Below are positions 48,460 to 56,652 of a stretch of 64,000 nucleotides of DNA, in pieces. Origin of the DNA: a virus; the IMG/VR virus record IMGVR_UViG_3300029049_000007, positions 7,712 through 71,711 of that record. One strand, 5' to 3'. Position 1 is the first letter of the stretch. Each line of letters begins with the position of its first letter. Under the pieces are notes generated by a model. It saw nothing but the letters and a program-made list of their open reading frames with translations, had not been told where the DNA came from and did not search any database. The translations under genes and the position numbers were made by a program.

Positions 48460-49233
48460 CTATTTCTCCGGTTCTGGCATTTTGAATAAGGCTCTTGCTA
48501 AAACACACAGCCATTTATCCTTATTCATGATACGCTTGTAACCGATTTCGCCGCTCTTCCTGTCGGAATCAAGAGTTTCTGCTAAAGGTGTAAGAAGTGC
48601 GTTGACAACTCTTTTATTAACTTTATATTTGTAAGTATCTGTAAATTCGCCCTTTTGAGTTTCGTATTGTTTAGCGTAAACTTTTAACGCTTCCACGAAC
48701 TCTTTTTCTTTGTTCTTCTTCTCGTCTTCGTTAATACCATAAGTACCATGCTCAAGTGCAATGTCATAAAGGTCGGTACTACCAGCACCAAAATTGATAG
48801 GGTTCGGCACAAGTTTCTTATCTTTGATTGCCATACCAATAGTGTTTTTGCCGTCAATAGCCGCAATGTATAAAGACGCTCTAGCCTTGATAAAATCAGG
48901 GATTTCGCCATCGTATAAATAACCTTTGGATACTTCATCCAATAACTTGAGATGTTCACAGTCATCCGCAATAACAGAAGAGTCAATGTCGTACTCGTTC
49001 ATGTCTAAATCATCGAACACTTTTACAGGGTTATAGTTCGCCTTACGAACGTCATGGTTACGGACGTTGATTTTATTGAGCGATTTCTCAATCTTGCTCT
49101 TTTCGTCTTTAATCCGCAAAGAATTTACCGCTTTAGCAAACATATGTTCATTGCTTACACCTAAAGTATAAGCCGGAACTTCTACAACGTCAATTTTTGT
49201 CTTGGAAATGTTTAATACCTGCATTGTTTTCAT
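48460..49233 (-). CDS. hypothetical protein (first gene of leftward array; start moved to Met with AAGGAGA RBS)
   Basis: The track start at 49335 is a GTG without an RBS. The internal ATG at 49233 (MKTMQVLNISK...) is preceded by AAAGGAGAAAAACT. Confidence 0.45.
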   Translation of the reverse strand: MKTMQVLNISKTKIDVVEVPAYTLGVSNEHMFAKAVNSLRIKDEKSKIEKSLNKINVRNHDVRKANYNPVKVFDDLDMNEYDIDSSVIADDCEHLKLLDEVSKGYLYDGEIPDFIKARASLYIAAIDGKNTIGMAIKDKKLVPNPINFGAGSTDLYDIALEHGTYGINEDEKKNKEKEFVEALKVYAKQYETQKGEFTDTYKYKVNKRVVNALLTPLAETLDSDRKSGEIGYKRIMNKDKWLCVLARALFKMPEPEK

Positions 49234-49363
49234 AGTTTTTCTCCTTTTCTTGTTTTGGGCATAGTTGTAGCCCAGTTTTGTAAATTCTTGGTATTTTTGA
49301 TTGCCTGTATAGAATTTAACAGGAGTTTCAGACACTTCTTACATCATCGGAAGCAAATTTATT

Positions 49364-49439
49364 TTCGGGGATACACCACCGGAAAAAATTCTTATTTTGG
49401 GCTTCCTAACGTGATTCAGAGGTTCGGGGATACACCACC
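49364..49439 (+). repeat. two direct 17-nt repeats TTCGGGGATACACCACC spaced 59 nt apart (operator/iteron-like)
   Basis: Exact copies at 49364-49380 and 49423-49439. A third, inverted copy is at 48407-48419. Confidence 0.6.
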
Positions 49440-49539
49440 TGTCTTTCGCTCCTGTATTCGTTTGTCAATGTCCACCACACTCCAGCGTGTGAAGTGCAAC
49501 CCTGTTTTACTAGAGGGTTTCTAGTTGCTTGTTGTCATG

Positions 49540-49565
49540 CCTGCTGAGCAGGTCTTTTGTGTTTG
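49540..49565 (+). terminator. intrinsic terminator inside the non-coding hub
   Basis: CCTGC-TGA-GCAGG hairpin followed by TCTTTTGTGTTT. Confidence 0.4.
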
Positions 49566-50029
49566 GTTGATTGGTTACTTTGTTTTACCTCCTTTTCTTT
49601 TAAATCTATTAAATTTTATCGCTTGTTTCTTGCGATGGCATTACTATACCACAGGCAAAAATATATCAACCCCCTATTTTAAAAAGTTTTTCACGGTTCT
49701 CAAATATGGCTTATTTATGCGGTATTTTAAAGGTTTTAAATACAGCAGAACCAGCACAAATTTAGATTTGTCACAGTTTTTATAGGGGGTGGCAAAAACC
49801 TTTGATTGAACTTTATTTTTAGCGGTTCTAGGTGGTTAGTCCCCATAAACACTGACCTAAATTTTTCGACCAAAAATACTCCATCCACCACCTACTCTTC
49901 TCTTCCATATTCACTGCTTCAACTCCCACTCTAGACTCAAATTTTTTCAAAAATACCCCATCGACCATAGTATCGTTTTTCATTTGTTATTGCGATAAAA
50001 AATCTACCTACCCTACCTCAAAATTCGAC

Positions 50030-50049
50030 TTATCCACAAGTTATCAACA
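50030..50049 (+). promoter_or_regulatory. tandem DnaA boxes: perfect TTATCCACA (50030-50038) and one-mismatch TTATCAACA (50041-50049)
   Basis: Read directly. Embedded in an AT-rich non-coding region. Confidence 0.55.
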
Positions 50050-50105
50050 ACATTTCAACCGTATATTTTCTGAATTTTCTTAAGTTTTTCAATTTTGCTA
50101 AAAAG

Positions 50106-50114
50106 TTATCCACA
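50106..50114 (+). promoter_or_regulatory. third DnaA box, perfect TTATCCACA
   Basis: Read directly, 68 nt downstream of the tandem pair in the same orientation. Confidence 0.55.
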
Positions 50115-50680
50115 ATTTGCTATTTTTCAGAAAAATGAATTCTCCTCAGCGGATTCCTGCATACAGTAAGTTTTCTATTGCAGTAACCTTCTTCTCTCCT
50201 TTTTCAAGAATCATCCTGTTAGGATTTGTCTGTAATAATAAACTATCTTTTGTGAATCGAGATTCTATATCCAGAAAATGTTTGGATGAATTCGCAGAAA
50301 AAAAGATAATTACGTTTGTATTCTATAGACTGCATATGAGTGTAGTCTTTTTTATTTTGTTATTGCGCGGATAATATGCACAGTAATTGTCTAATATCTC
50401 ACCGTAACCGTCAGATCGCAGAAAAATTCTGTCCGTTTTCAGAAGTATATAGTGCGACGCTCGTGGCTCGGCATTTTCTAGTCGAAAACACGAAAATCCA
50501 CTTGGCGAAACAATGTCTTATCTTATTAAGTCTTATATTAATAGGTCACATTCTGGTGACAAAAACATGACATCTCGACTGTGCTTATCTGGGGGTCATG
50601 TCACAAAATTGTCGTTCCAGACTGAATCACCCATGTTTGCTGGGCAAAGTACGTCTGGCACGAAAAGAAAGGAGAATTCT

Positions 50681-51445
50681 ATGGAGTATTTCGTAAAAAT
50701 TCCGAACAATTTTATAAAATGCGATATTGAAAAAGACTTTGACGTAACACCTTCGTTCTATGTCGTATATTACTTGCTAAACAATAATAGAAGCATTAGA
50801 AACCAAAGCTTTATATCGATTAAAGAAATCATGGATATATATTCTGCAAAATGTACTTCTAGAAAGCCCAAAATTTTCAACGATATCGTTAAATCAATAA
50901 ATAAACTAGAAGAATTAGGTCTTATACGCTCACTCAATACACCGTCAGTTTTAAGATATGAGTCGTTTTTGAAATATCAGATTTGCGACGCTTTTGATCC
51001 ATCGTGTGATTTTACTATTTTTACTGAAAAAGAGCTCTTAAATATCATGAAGATTGACTCTGCAATAACCAAAGATACTCTTCTTCGTGTCTATCTATAT
51101 ATAAAAGCAAATATTATAAAAAGATCATCCCATCAAGAGGAAACGCTAGAAAATCCCGAAGCATTTTTTAAAAATATAAAAGTATCCGCAGAAGAAATTG
51201 GGATTCATTACAATACTTTTTACGGCACAATAGAAGAACTTTGTAAAGGAGAAAATCCATTATTGATAAAAAGTAATATAATCCATCGCTCCAGCAAGAA
51301 CAGTCCTATATGCTCTCCTCGAGTTATTGTTATTAATAAGGTGGGTTGGAAAAAAGAACTACAAGGTGCTGTCTCCATCCTTAAAAATAATCCCGGATGG
51401 GAAAAAGAACTTCTCGCGGCAAACGCACTGCTAGAAAGAAAGTGA
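50681..51445 (+). CDS. putative replication initiator / DnaD-like double winged-helix protein (first rightward gene)
   Basis: ATG at 50681 with AAAGGAGA 5 nt upstream; the track's earlier start lacks an RBS. Two helix-turn-helix-like segments (ISIKEIMDIY...LEELGLIRS and VSAEEIGIHYNTFYGTIEELCKGE). Lies next to the DnaA-box region. Confidence 0.3.
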   Translation: MEYFVKIPNNFIKCDIEKDFDVTPSFYVVYYLLNNNRSIRNQSFISIKEIMDIYSAKCTSRKPKIFNDIVKSINKLEELGLIRSLNTPSVLRYESFLKYQICDAFDPSCDFTIFTEKELLNIMKIDSAITKDTLLRVYLYIKANIIKRSSHQEETLENPEAFFKNIKVSAEEIGIHYNTFYGTIEELCKGENPLLIKSNIIHRSSKNSPICSPRVIVINKVGWKKELQGAVSILKNNPGWEKELLAANALLERK

Positions 51446-51524
51446 GCCTAAATTCAAAAAAATCGCCACGTTTCTGAGAAGTATATAGTGTAAGCAGCAA
51501 CGCCACAAGAAAGGAACACAATCA

Positions 51525-51740
51525 ATGACAGATACATATAAAAAAGAAAATGTAAACAAAAAGTTAACCATTAAATCAAGAGATTGGCTACATCGGGAAC
51601 AATGTACTATCTTCGAGGAGTCAGATGCTCCTGGAGCTATTATCAATCAGATAATCAAAGATAACTTATTTGATATGCAGTGTATGATTAACATTCTTGA
51701 AAGAGATACTGAGGATTTAGAGGAGGATTTATATGCTTAG
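51525..51740 (+). CDS. hypothetical protein
   Basis: 71 aa. Preceded by the repeated 21-nt motif and an RBS. Confidence 0.4.
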   Translation: MTDTYKKENVNKKLTIKSRDWLHREQCTIFEESDAPGAIINQIIKDNLFDMQCMINILERDTEDLEEDLYA

Positions 51741-52041
51741 ATACAGCAATCAGGGACAGACTATTTCTATTAACTTAAACGACGATTACCAGATTTATGC
51801 AATGGCTAGATGGGACAAGAAAAGCTCTTTATATATTGCAGAAATGTATATTTCCAAAAAAGAGACAAATTCATTTCTACATTTCATCAATAGCTTTACT
51901 ATCTCATGCGAAAGGATGGATTTATTTATGACGTTGACTAAAGAAATATCAGAAATGTATTCCAACACAGGGTTTTCTGACGAAATTTCGGAATACGAAA
52001 ACATTCTAAATGCAATTACGACAGGCTATAAAGACCATTAA
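51733..52041 (+). CDS. hypothetical protein
   Basis: 102 aa. Overlaps its neighbours by a few nt in an operon-like arrangement. Confidence 0.4.
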   Translation: MLRYSNQGQTISINLNDDYQIYAMARWDKKSSLYIAEMYISKKETNSFLHFINSFTISCERMDLFMTLTKEISEMYSNTGFSDEISEYENILNAITTGYKDH

Positions 52042-52277
52042 TGTGCGAATTTTGTAAACAGCCAAAATGTCCGCCGGAATGTCCTAATTACTCTCACTCG
52101 AGATTTTACGAGCAATGTCATTATTGTGAGGGAGATATTTTGCCGGGCATGGAATACATAGAAACCTATGCGGGAAATTACTACCATTATAATTGCTTCA
52201 AGTGTTTAACAACAGATGAAATCTTAAAAGAAACCGACTTAGAAGTTAAAACCGCAGAACACTACGACTGGAGGTAG
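52041..52277 (+). CDS. small Cys-rich zinc-ribbon protein
   Basis: 78 aa with CEFCKQPKCPPEC...CHYCEG...CFKC. Confidence 0.4.
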   Translation: MCEFCKQPKCPPECPNYSHSRFYEQCHYCEGDILPGMEYIETYAGNYYHYNCFKCLTTDEILKETDLEVKTAEHYDWR

Positions 52278-52323
52278 CAATATTAGCGAATTCGGAATTA
52301 AAATAAAAAACATTAGTGCAGGA

Positions 52324-55038
52324 ATGCTTTATGATGTTAACTTAGGTATTAGAGATTACTTTACTTACACAGATGCAATGCTCAACAATAGCTTATTCAG
52401 TTATTTTCTTCAAAAAAATGGCATGAAAGTGTATAAAGGCGAATCCACTAGAGACGTTATTTGTTTAGATTTTGATTTCGGAAGTAGGTCGTATGAAGAC
52501 GAGAAAAAACGACTGAATAAAATGATTAAGAATGCAGCAAACGATACCGAAAGAAAAAAGCTTGAAAAAGTTGTTGCAAAGATTGAAGGAAACAAAGAAA
52601 AATATGCTCCTAAAAAACGCGGAGAAATTCGAGAACAGTTCTATGAAGAAGGAGTTTCAATCACATATACTACCAAGAAAAAAGACGGAAGTATTAAAAG
52701 TTCTCAGACAATCCGCTACCGCATGCTCTATCGTACAAGCGCAAAAGCAAAATCTGGGCAGGTAATTTTCATTAATGAAAAACTTTACGATAAGGCTTAC
52801 GACTGGCTCACTATGGGGCTTGGAGATAAAATGCCAAAAAATGACGCGAAAATTGTTGAAATGTCCGCTTATGCCCCACTCACAACATCTACAATCGTAG
52901 ATACAATTCATATCCCCGTTGAAGATATTTTAATATTAAAAGATCAGGATTCATTCTTCAAAACAATCGCAAACGTGGTTTACGCCGAAGAATACGAAAA
53001 GAAATCCGGCAAAAAGACTGTTAAATCCAAAAAATGTCTCGTGAAGCAGGAAGAACGTGAGGTAAAAAATACCTTATGGGACGGAATGGGTATTATTGAA
53101 TCTTCTTACCTCCCACAATCTATTAATGGCATGGCCCTATTAAGACAGCACATGTTCAAAATGTGTGGGTTTAGAGGGCATATTCAGAAGTTTTTCGTGG
53201 ATTGGTGCTATGAAAACGGTCATGATTACTATACATATCAAGTTCCAGACATGTTTGGCAACATGCATTATGTGAAGGACATCAAGATTATTACGACTGA
53301 TAATGCAATAAAGTGGCGCAAGTTCATTGATATTATGGGTGGAACCCCAGTCAAGGCGTATGATTACTGGATGGGTAGAATCAAGGCTGATGGTGAAATC
53401 TGGGGAATTGTAAAAACTGACCACAAAAGTAAGCTTGGGGATTTACAGCAGATGAGCTATCAGATGATTAACACTCTTCCTTGCAACCGGGATGATGTAA
53501 GGAACATCGCTGATAATAGTATTTCATATGTTGAAAAGATCAAAACCGATGGAGCCGAATTTGAAAAGTTCTTGCGAAAAAACGCAAATGCGGTAAATCA
53601 CTACGAGATGCTTGCTGATTTGTACTCTCATAATCCTGATTTTGCAGATAGCACATGGTTTAGGCACGAGAAAAAGAAAATTATTTCTGAATATGTATTT
53701 AGGCTTAGGACAGGGAAAATAACTGTCAACGGAGACAATCTTACTTTGTGCGGAAACCCTTACGCTCTCCTGCTTCATTCTGTTGGTGAGGATTATAGAG
53801 AAGACCCTAGTTTTTCTGATGAGGATGGAGCAATACAGTGTTATACTACGAGATTTAGAGACGACGAGTATTTATGTGCGTTTCGTAACCCGCATAATGC
53901 CCCGAATAATATATGTCACCTACATAATGTTTACAGTGATGTTATGGAGAGATACTTCCCATTTAGCGAAAATATTATTGCAATAAATAATATCTGTACG
54001 GATGTACAGGATCGAGCGAATGGATGCGACTATGATTCTGATTTTTTCTTTGTAACAAATGAAGAAACTATGGTTAAATACGCCAAAATCGCGTACAAGA
54101 ATTATCCTACTATTGTAAATGACATTCACGAAAGTGGGATTACATACGCAAATACCAAGAAGGCATACGCCGAAATGGATAATAAATTTGCAAAATCGCA
54201 GCTTGGAATTGGATTATCCAGTAATTTAGCCCAGCTCGCAATGACATATTACTGGACGGAACTTAATAAAGAGAACCCAAATAAAGAATTACTTAAAGAA
54301 CTTTATGATAACTTCGTTATTCTCAGTGTGTTAGCACAGTTAGTAATCGATAGCTGCAAGAGGACGTTCGAAATCGACGCTATGGAGGAGATTGACAGAA
54401 TTCAGCGAATGGACTGTATGTGCAAAACCGCAGAAATAGAACTCGAAGATGGCTCTACCACAACTGTAAGACGAGATTTTCCTCATTTTATGAAATATAC
54501 TAGGAATGTTCCTACCACCAAAAATGGGAAAGAACTGCCCCAAGGAACTATTTCGAATAACAGAAAAAAACTCAACGACAGAATCAATGAAGACCTTGTT
54601 TGCCCAATGAACTGGCTGCAAGAATGGCTCGACAAAATACAGAACTTGGTTTCAAGAGGAACCATTCCGACAAATGACTTCTTTATTAAAATGAAGGGAA
54701 CGGCGAACAACCGCCAAATGTCTAAAATACGAGGTATTGTCGAGGAATATGACCGCATGATTAAATCGTATTACGCAAAATACGGCGGAACGGAGGAATA
54801 TATTGAAAAACTAATAGAAGAATCTGATTTTGTAGTAGAACAGCTAAGAAAAGTCAAAATCGGTAATGCAGTAACTATAAATCGTCTTATCGAGGTAGCC
54901 CTTGGCCTTAATGCTCCGGCAAAAAACAAGAAGCTGGATTATAAGCAAGGAACTAAGTACACTCGAAAGATGCTGAATCTACTCTACAAAATGGATAGAG
55001 AAAAATTTCTCGCAAATTTTGTTCGAAAAACTACTTAG
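52324..55038 (+). CDS. 904-aa protein of unknown function; candidate non-canonical single-subunit (YonO-like, double-psi beta-barrel) RNA polymerase - speculative
   Basis: No Walker motifs. ...CAFRNPHNAPNNICHLHNV...IAINNICTDVQDRANGCDYDSDFFFV shows an acidic D-x-D-x-D loop (DYDSD), preceded by an R-N-P-H segment that loosely parallels the msRNAP beta-prime NADFDGD / NRAPTLH arrangement. Size is similar to YonO. Not verifiable without profile or structure comparison. Confidence 0.3.
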   Translation: MLYDVNLGIRDYFTYTDAMLNNSLFSYFLQKNGMKVYKGESTRDVICLDFDFGSRSYEDEKKRLNKMIKNAANDTERKKLEKVVAKIEGNKEKYAPKKRGEIREQFYEEGVSITYTTKKKDGSIKSSQTIRYRMLYRTSAKAKSGQVIFINEKLYDKAYDWLTMGLGDKMPKNDAKIVEMSAYAPLTTSTIVDTIHIPVEDILILKDQDSFFKTIANVVYAEEYEKKSGKKTVKSKKCLVKQEEREVKNTLWDGMGIIESSYLPQSINGMALLRQHMFKMCGFRGHIQKFFVDWCYENGHDYYTYQVPDMFGNMHYVKDIKIITTDNAIKWRKFIDIMGGTPVKAYDYWMGRIKADGEIWGIVKTDHKSKLGDLQQMSYQMINTLPCNRDDVRNIADNSISYVEKIKTDGAEFEKFLRKNANAVNHYEMLADLYSHNPDFADSTWFRHEKKKIISEYVFRLRTGKITVNGDNLTLCGNPYALLLHSVGEDYREDPSFSDEDGAIQCYTTRFRDDEYLCAFRNPHNAPNNICHLHNVYSDVMERYFPFSENIIAINNICTDVQDRANGCDYDSDFFFVTNEETMVKYAKIAYKNYPTIVNDIHESGITYANTKKAYAEMDNKFAKSQLGIGLSSNLAQLAMTYYWTELNKENPNKELLKELYDNFVILSVLAQLVIDSCKRTFEIDAMEEIDRIQRMDCMCKTAEIELEDGSTTTVRRDFPHFMKYTRNVPTTKNGKELPQGTISNNRKKLNDRINEDLVCPMNWLQEWLDKIQNLVSRGTIPTNDFFIKMKGTANNRQMSKIRGIVEEYDRMIKSYYAKYGGTEEYIEKLIEESDFVVEQLRKVKIGNAVTINRLIEVALGLNAPAKNKKLDYKQGTKYTRKMLNLLYKMDREKFLANFVRKTT

Positions 55039-55181
55039 TTGGCTCAAAAAAACAGGCTCTAAACCCGCATAAACACTGGGTTTCGTAAAATGCAAATGCG
55101 TCCGTTATATGGAAGGGGTACGAGCTTGGCGGCTCTCCCTCCAATTTGCGAATGTACAAGGATTAATCGGAGGATTTATTT

Positions 55182-55796
55182 ATGGTATTAAAAGAAGCTT
55201 ATAGATACATGAACCATTTAAACTCACTCATCACTGAAGCAGAACTTCACCTTTACGAACCTGCTTTTACAACAAAGAAAAAGGAAACCCACAAAAAAAG
55301 TGCGGCAATTTCCTCTGAAAAAGATGATGTCATTGAAAACGTCAATTTATATGATGTTCCGTTTTCTGTTGTTGATGTGATTGACTTTATTGTTGAAGCA
55401 CTTAATCAGAAGTCCCTTCTTTCTCATGCAATTACAGAAGCAAAAAAGAATACTCCTATTGACATCAATGATAGTATTTCTATCAACAAAACAACTCAGG
55501 AATTTATCAATATTTTAAATATGCTAGGTAAAAAGAAGTCTAGCGAAAGAACTGTTAAGCAGGTAGGATACACTTTTAACGCCGAAGGAAACCAAGTTCC
55601 TTACAAATACGATGTAGATGAAGTAACTTCAATTAACTATGACAGGAAAGTTGTAAAGAAACTGGCGAAGAAACTGTCTTCAGAGTGTGATGCGGTTTCA
55701 ACAAATTTAGACGCAATCGAAATTGAGACAATTGTAGACTATTCTCCTATTTGGGATTTATCTGACTCATTAGAAGATATCTTGACAGAAGAATAG
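55182..55796 (+). CDS. hypothetical protein
   Basis: 204 aa with a GGAGGA RBS. Two tandem hairpins follow (GCCGCC...GGCGG and AACC-TTCG-GGTT) at 55803-55840. Confidence 0.45.
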   Translation: MVLKEAYRYMNHLNSLITEAELHLYEPAFTTKKKETHKKSAAISSEKDDVIENVNLYDVPFSVVDVIDFIVEALNQKSLLSHAITEAKKNTPIDINDSISINKTTQEFINILNMLGKKKSSERTVKQVGYTFNAEGNQVPYKYDVDEVTSINYDRKVVKKLAKKLSSECDAVSTNLDAIEIETIVDYSPIWDLSDSLEDILTEE

Positions 55797-56278
55797 CCAT
55801 TATGCCGCCGTTTGGCGGTTAACCTTCGGGTTATAAAACGAGAACTGAAACTGATTTGTAATGGTCGGTCGGTTCAGTCGCAGATGAACTATGAGGCTGC
55901 GGAGCAATCATGCTAAAATGATATTCACTGCTTGCAGTGTCTTACAAAAAACAAGATTTCAAATAATGGGTTTTATTATTCAATAAAAATTGGTTTAGAA
56001 AACAGCGAGTAAAAGATGACTTGTCATTTGCTTCGTTATTCGTCCCTCCTGATATTTCCCCATCTTGTTCTATTTATATCTCTATATCTCTTTCTTTCTA
56101 AAATCGCTTCGTCCAATAGTTATCCTGAGCAGGATAAACATTTCTTAAAGTATAAAGGATGTACTTATATTATTTTAATTATACATGGAAAATATTTTGA
56201 CGTACATAAAAAATATTGATTGAGATTACGATGATTTTTCAGTTTTCATTTTATAGCCCGAAAAGCATTTATCTATTT

Positions 56279-56361
56279 CCCGTCGTAAAGCACTATGGAC
56301 ATGCGCCAGTCTGTAAAACTGGTGACTTCGGTCTGGCTTGGTTCGATTCCAAGAGGCGGGA
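56279..56361 (+). tRNA. tRNA-Tyr (anticodon GTA), class II with long variable arm - manual fold
   Basis: Anticodon arm CCAGT-CTGTAAA-ACTGG, variable arm GAC-TTCG-GTC, T-arm CTTGG-TTCGATT-CCAAG, acceptor CCCGTCG/AGGCGGG with U8-A9. The D-arm is not cleanly foldable by eye. No encoded CCA. Confidence 0.45.
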
Positions 56362-56364
56362 TTT

Positions 56365-56447
56365 TGCAGGGTAGCAAAGTTCGGTATTGCGCGGTCATAC
56401 AGCAAATCATTAGACCGAGACGAAGGTTCAAATCCTTCCTCTGCAAT
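56365..56447 (+). tRNA. tRNA-like gene with canonical acceptor, D and T arms but an enlarged 16-nt anticodon loop (possible anticodon CAU)
   Basis: Acceptor TGCAGGG/CTCTGCA, U8-A9, D-arm GCAA-AGTTCGGTA-TTGC, T-arm GAAGG-TTCAAAT-CCTTC. Anticodon stem CGGTC/GACCG encloses ATACAGCAAATCATTA. Confidence 0.35.
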
Positions 56448-56505
56448 TATCTTATTTTAGGAGGTCACTAACATAATTCCAATTACAAAAAATGAAGCAA
56501 AACAT

Positions 56506-56646
56506 ATGTCCAGTCTTGGATATAAGTATAAGTCAGACATTATGAGAACGCTTAATGGTCGAACTTATTTTCTTAAAGAATCAGATATCCTTATTAAGAA
56601 ATTACGGGAATATCGAGAATCTAGAACTATCAAGGAAAGTTGGTAA
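56506..56646 (+). CDS. possible small ORF (46 aa from ATG)
   Basis: Strong AGGAGG at 56459-56464, but the in-frame codon 8 nt downstream is ATA/ATT. The first ATG is 33 nt further on. Translation MSSLGYKYKSDIMRTLNGRTYFLKESDILIKKLREYRESRTIKESW. Confidence 0.2.
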   Translation: MSSLGYKYKSDIMRTLNGRTYFLKESDILIKKLREYRESRTIKESW

Positions 56647-56652
56647 AACTTA

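Noticed and set aside
48242-48514. 90-aa minus-strand ORF spanning the terminator and inverted repeat
   Set aside because: Covers two hairpin terminators and the repeat copy and has no RBS. Likely non-coding.
49255-50570. Four plus-strand track ORFs (49255-49524, 49525-49785, 50117-50374, 50376-50570) inside the divergent hub
   Set aside because: No RBS, low-complexity translations, and they span terminator hairpins and the repeat/DnaA-box elements. Treated as non-coding.
50513-50680. Long N-terminal extension of the initiator-like gene from the ATG at 50513
   Set aside because: No RBS at 50513, whereas the ATG at 50681 has AAAGGAGA. The extension crosses the inverted-repeat leader.
56016-56219. 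67-aa plus-strand ORF in the tRNA leader region
   Set aside because: Hydrophobic low-complexity translation, no RBS, and sits in a structured non-coding segment upstream of the tRNAs.
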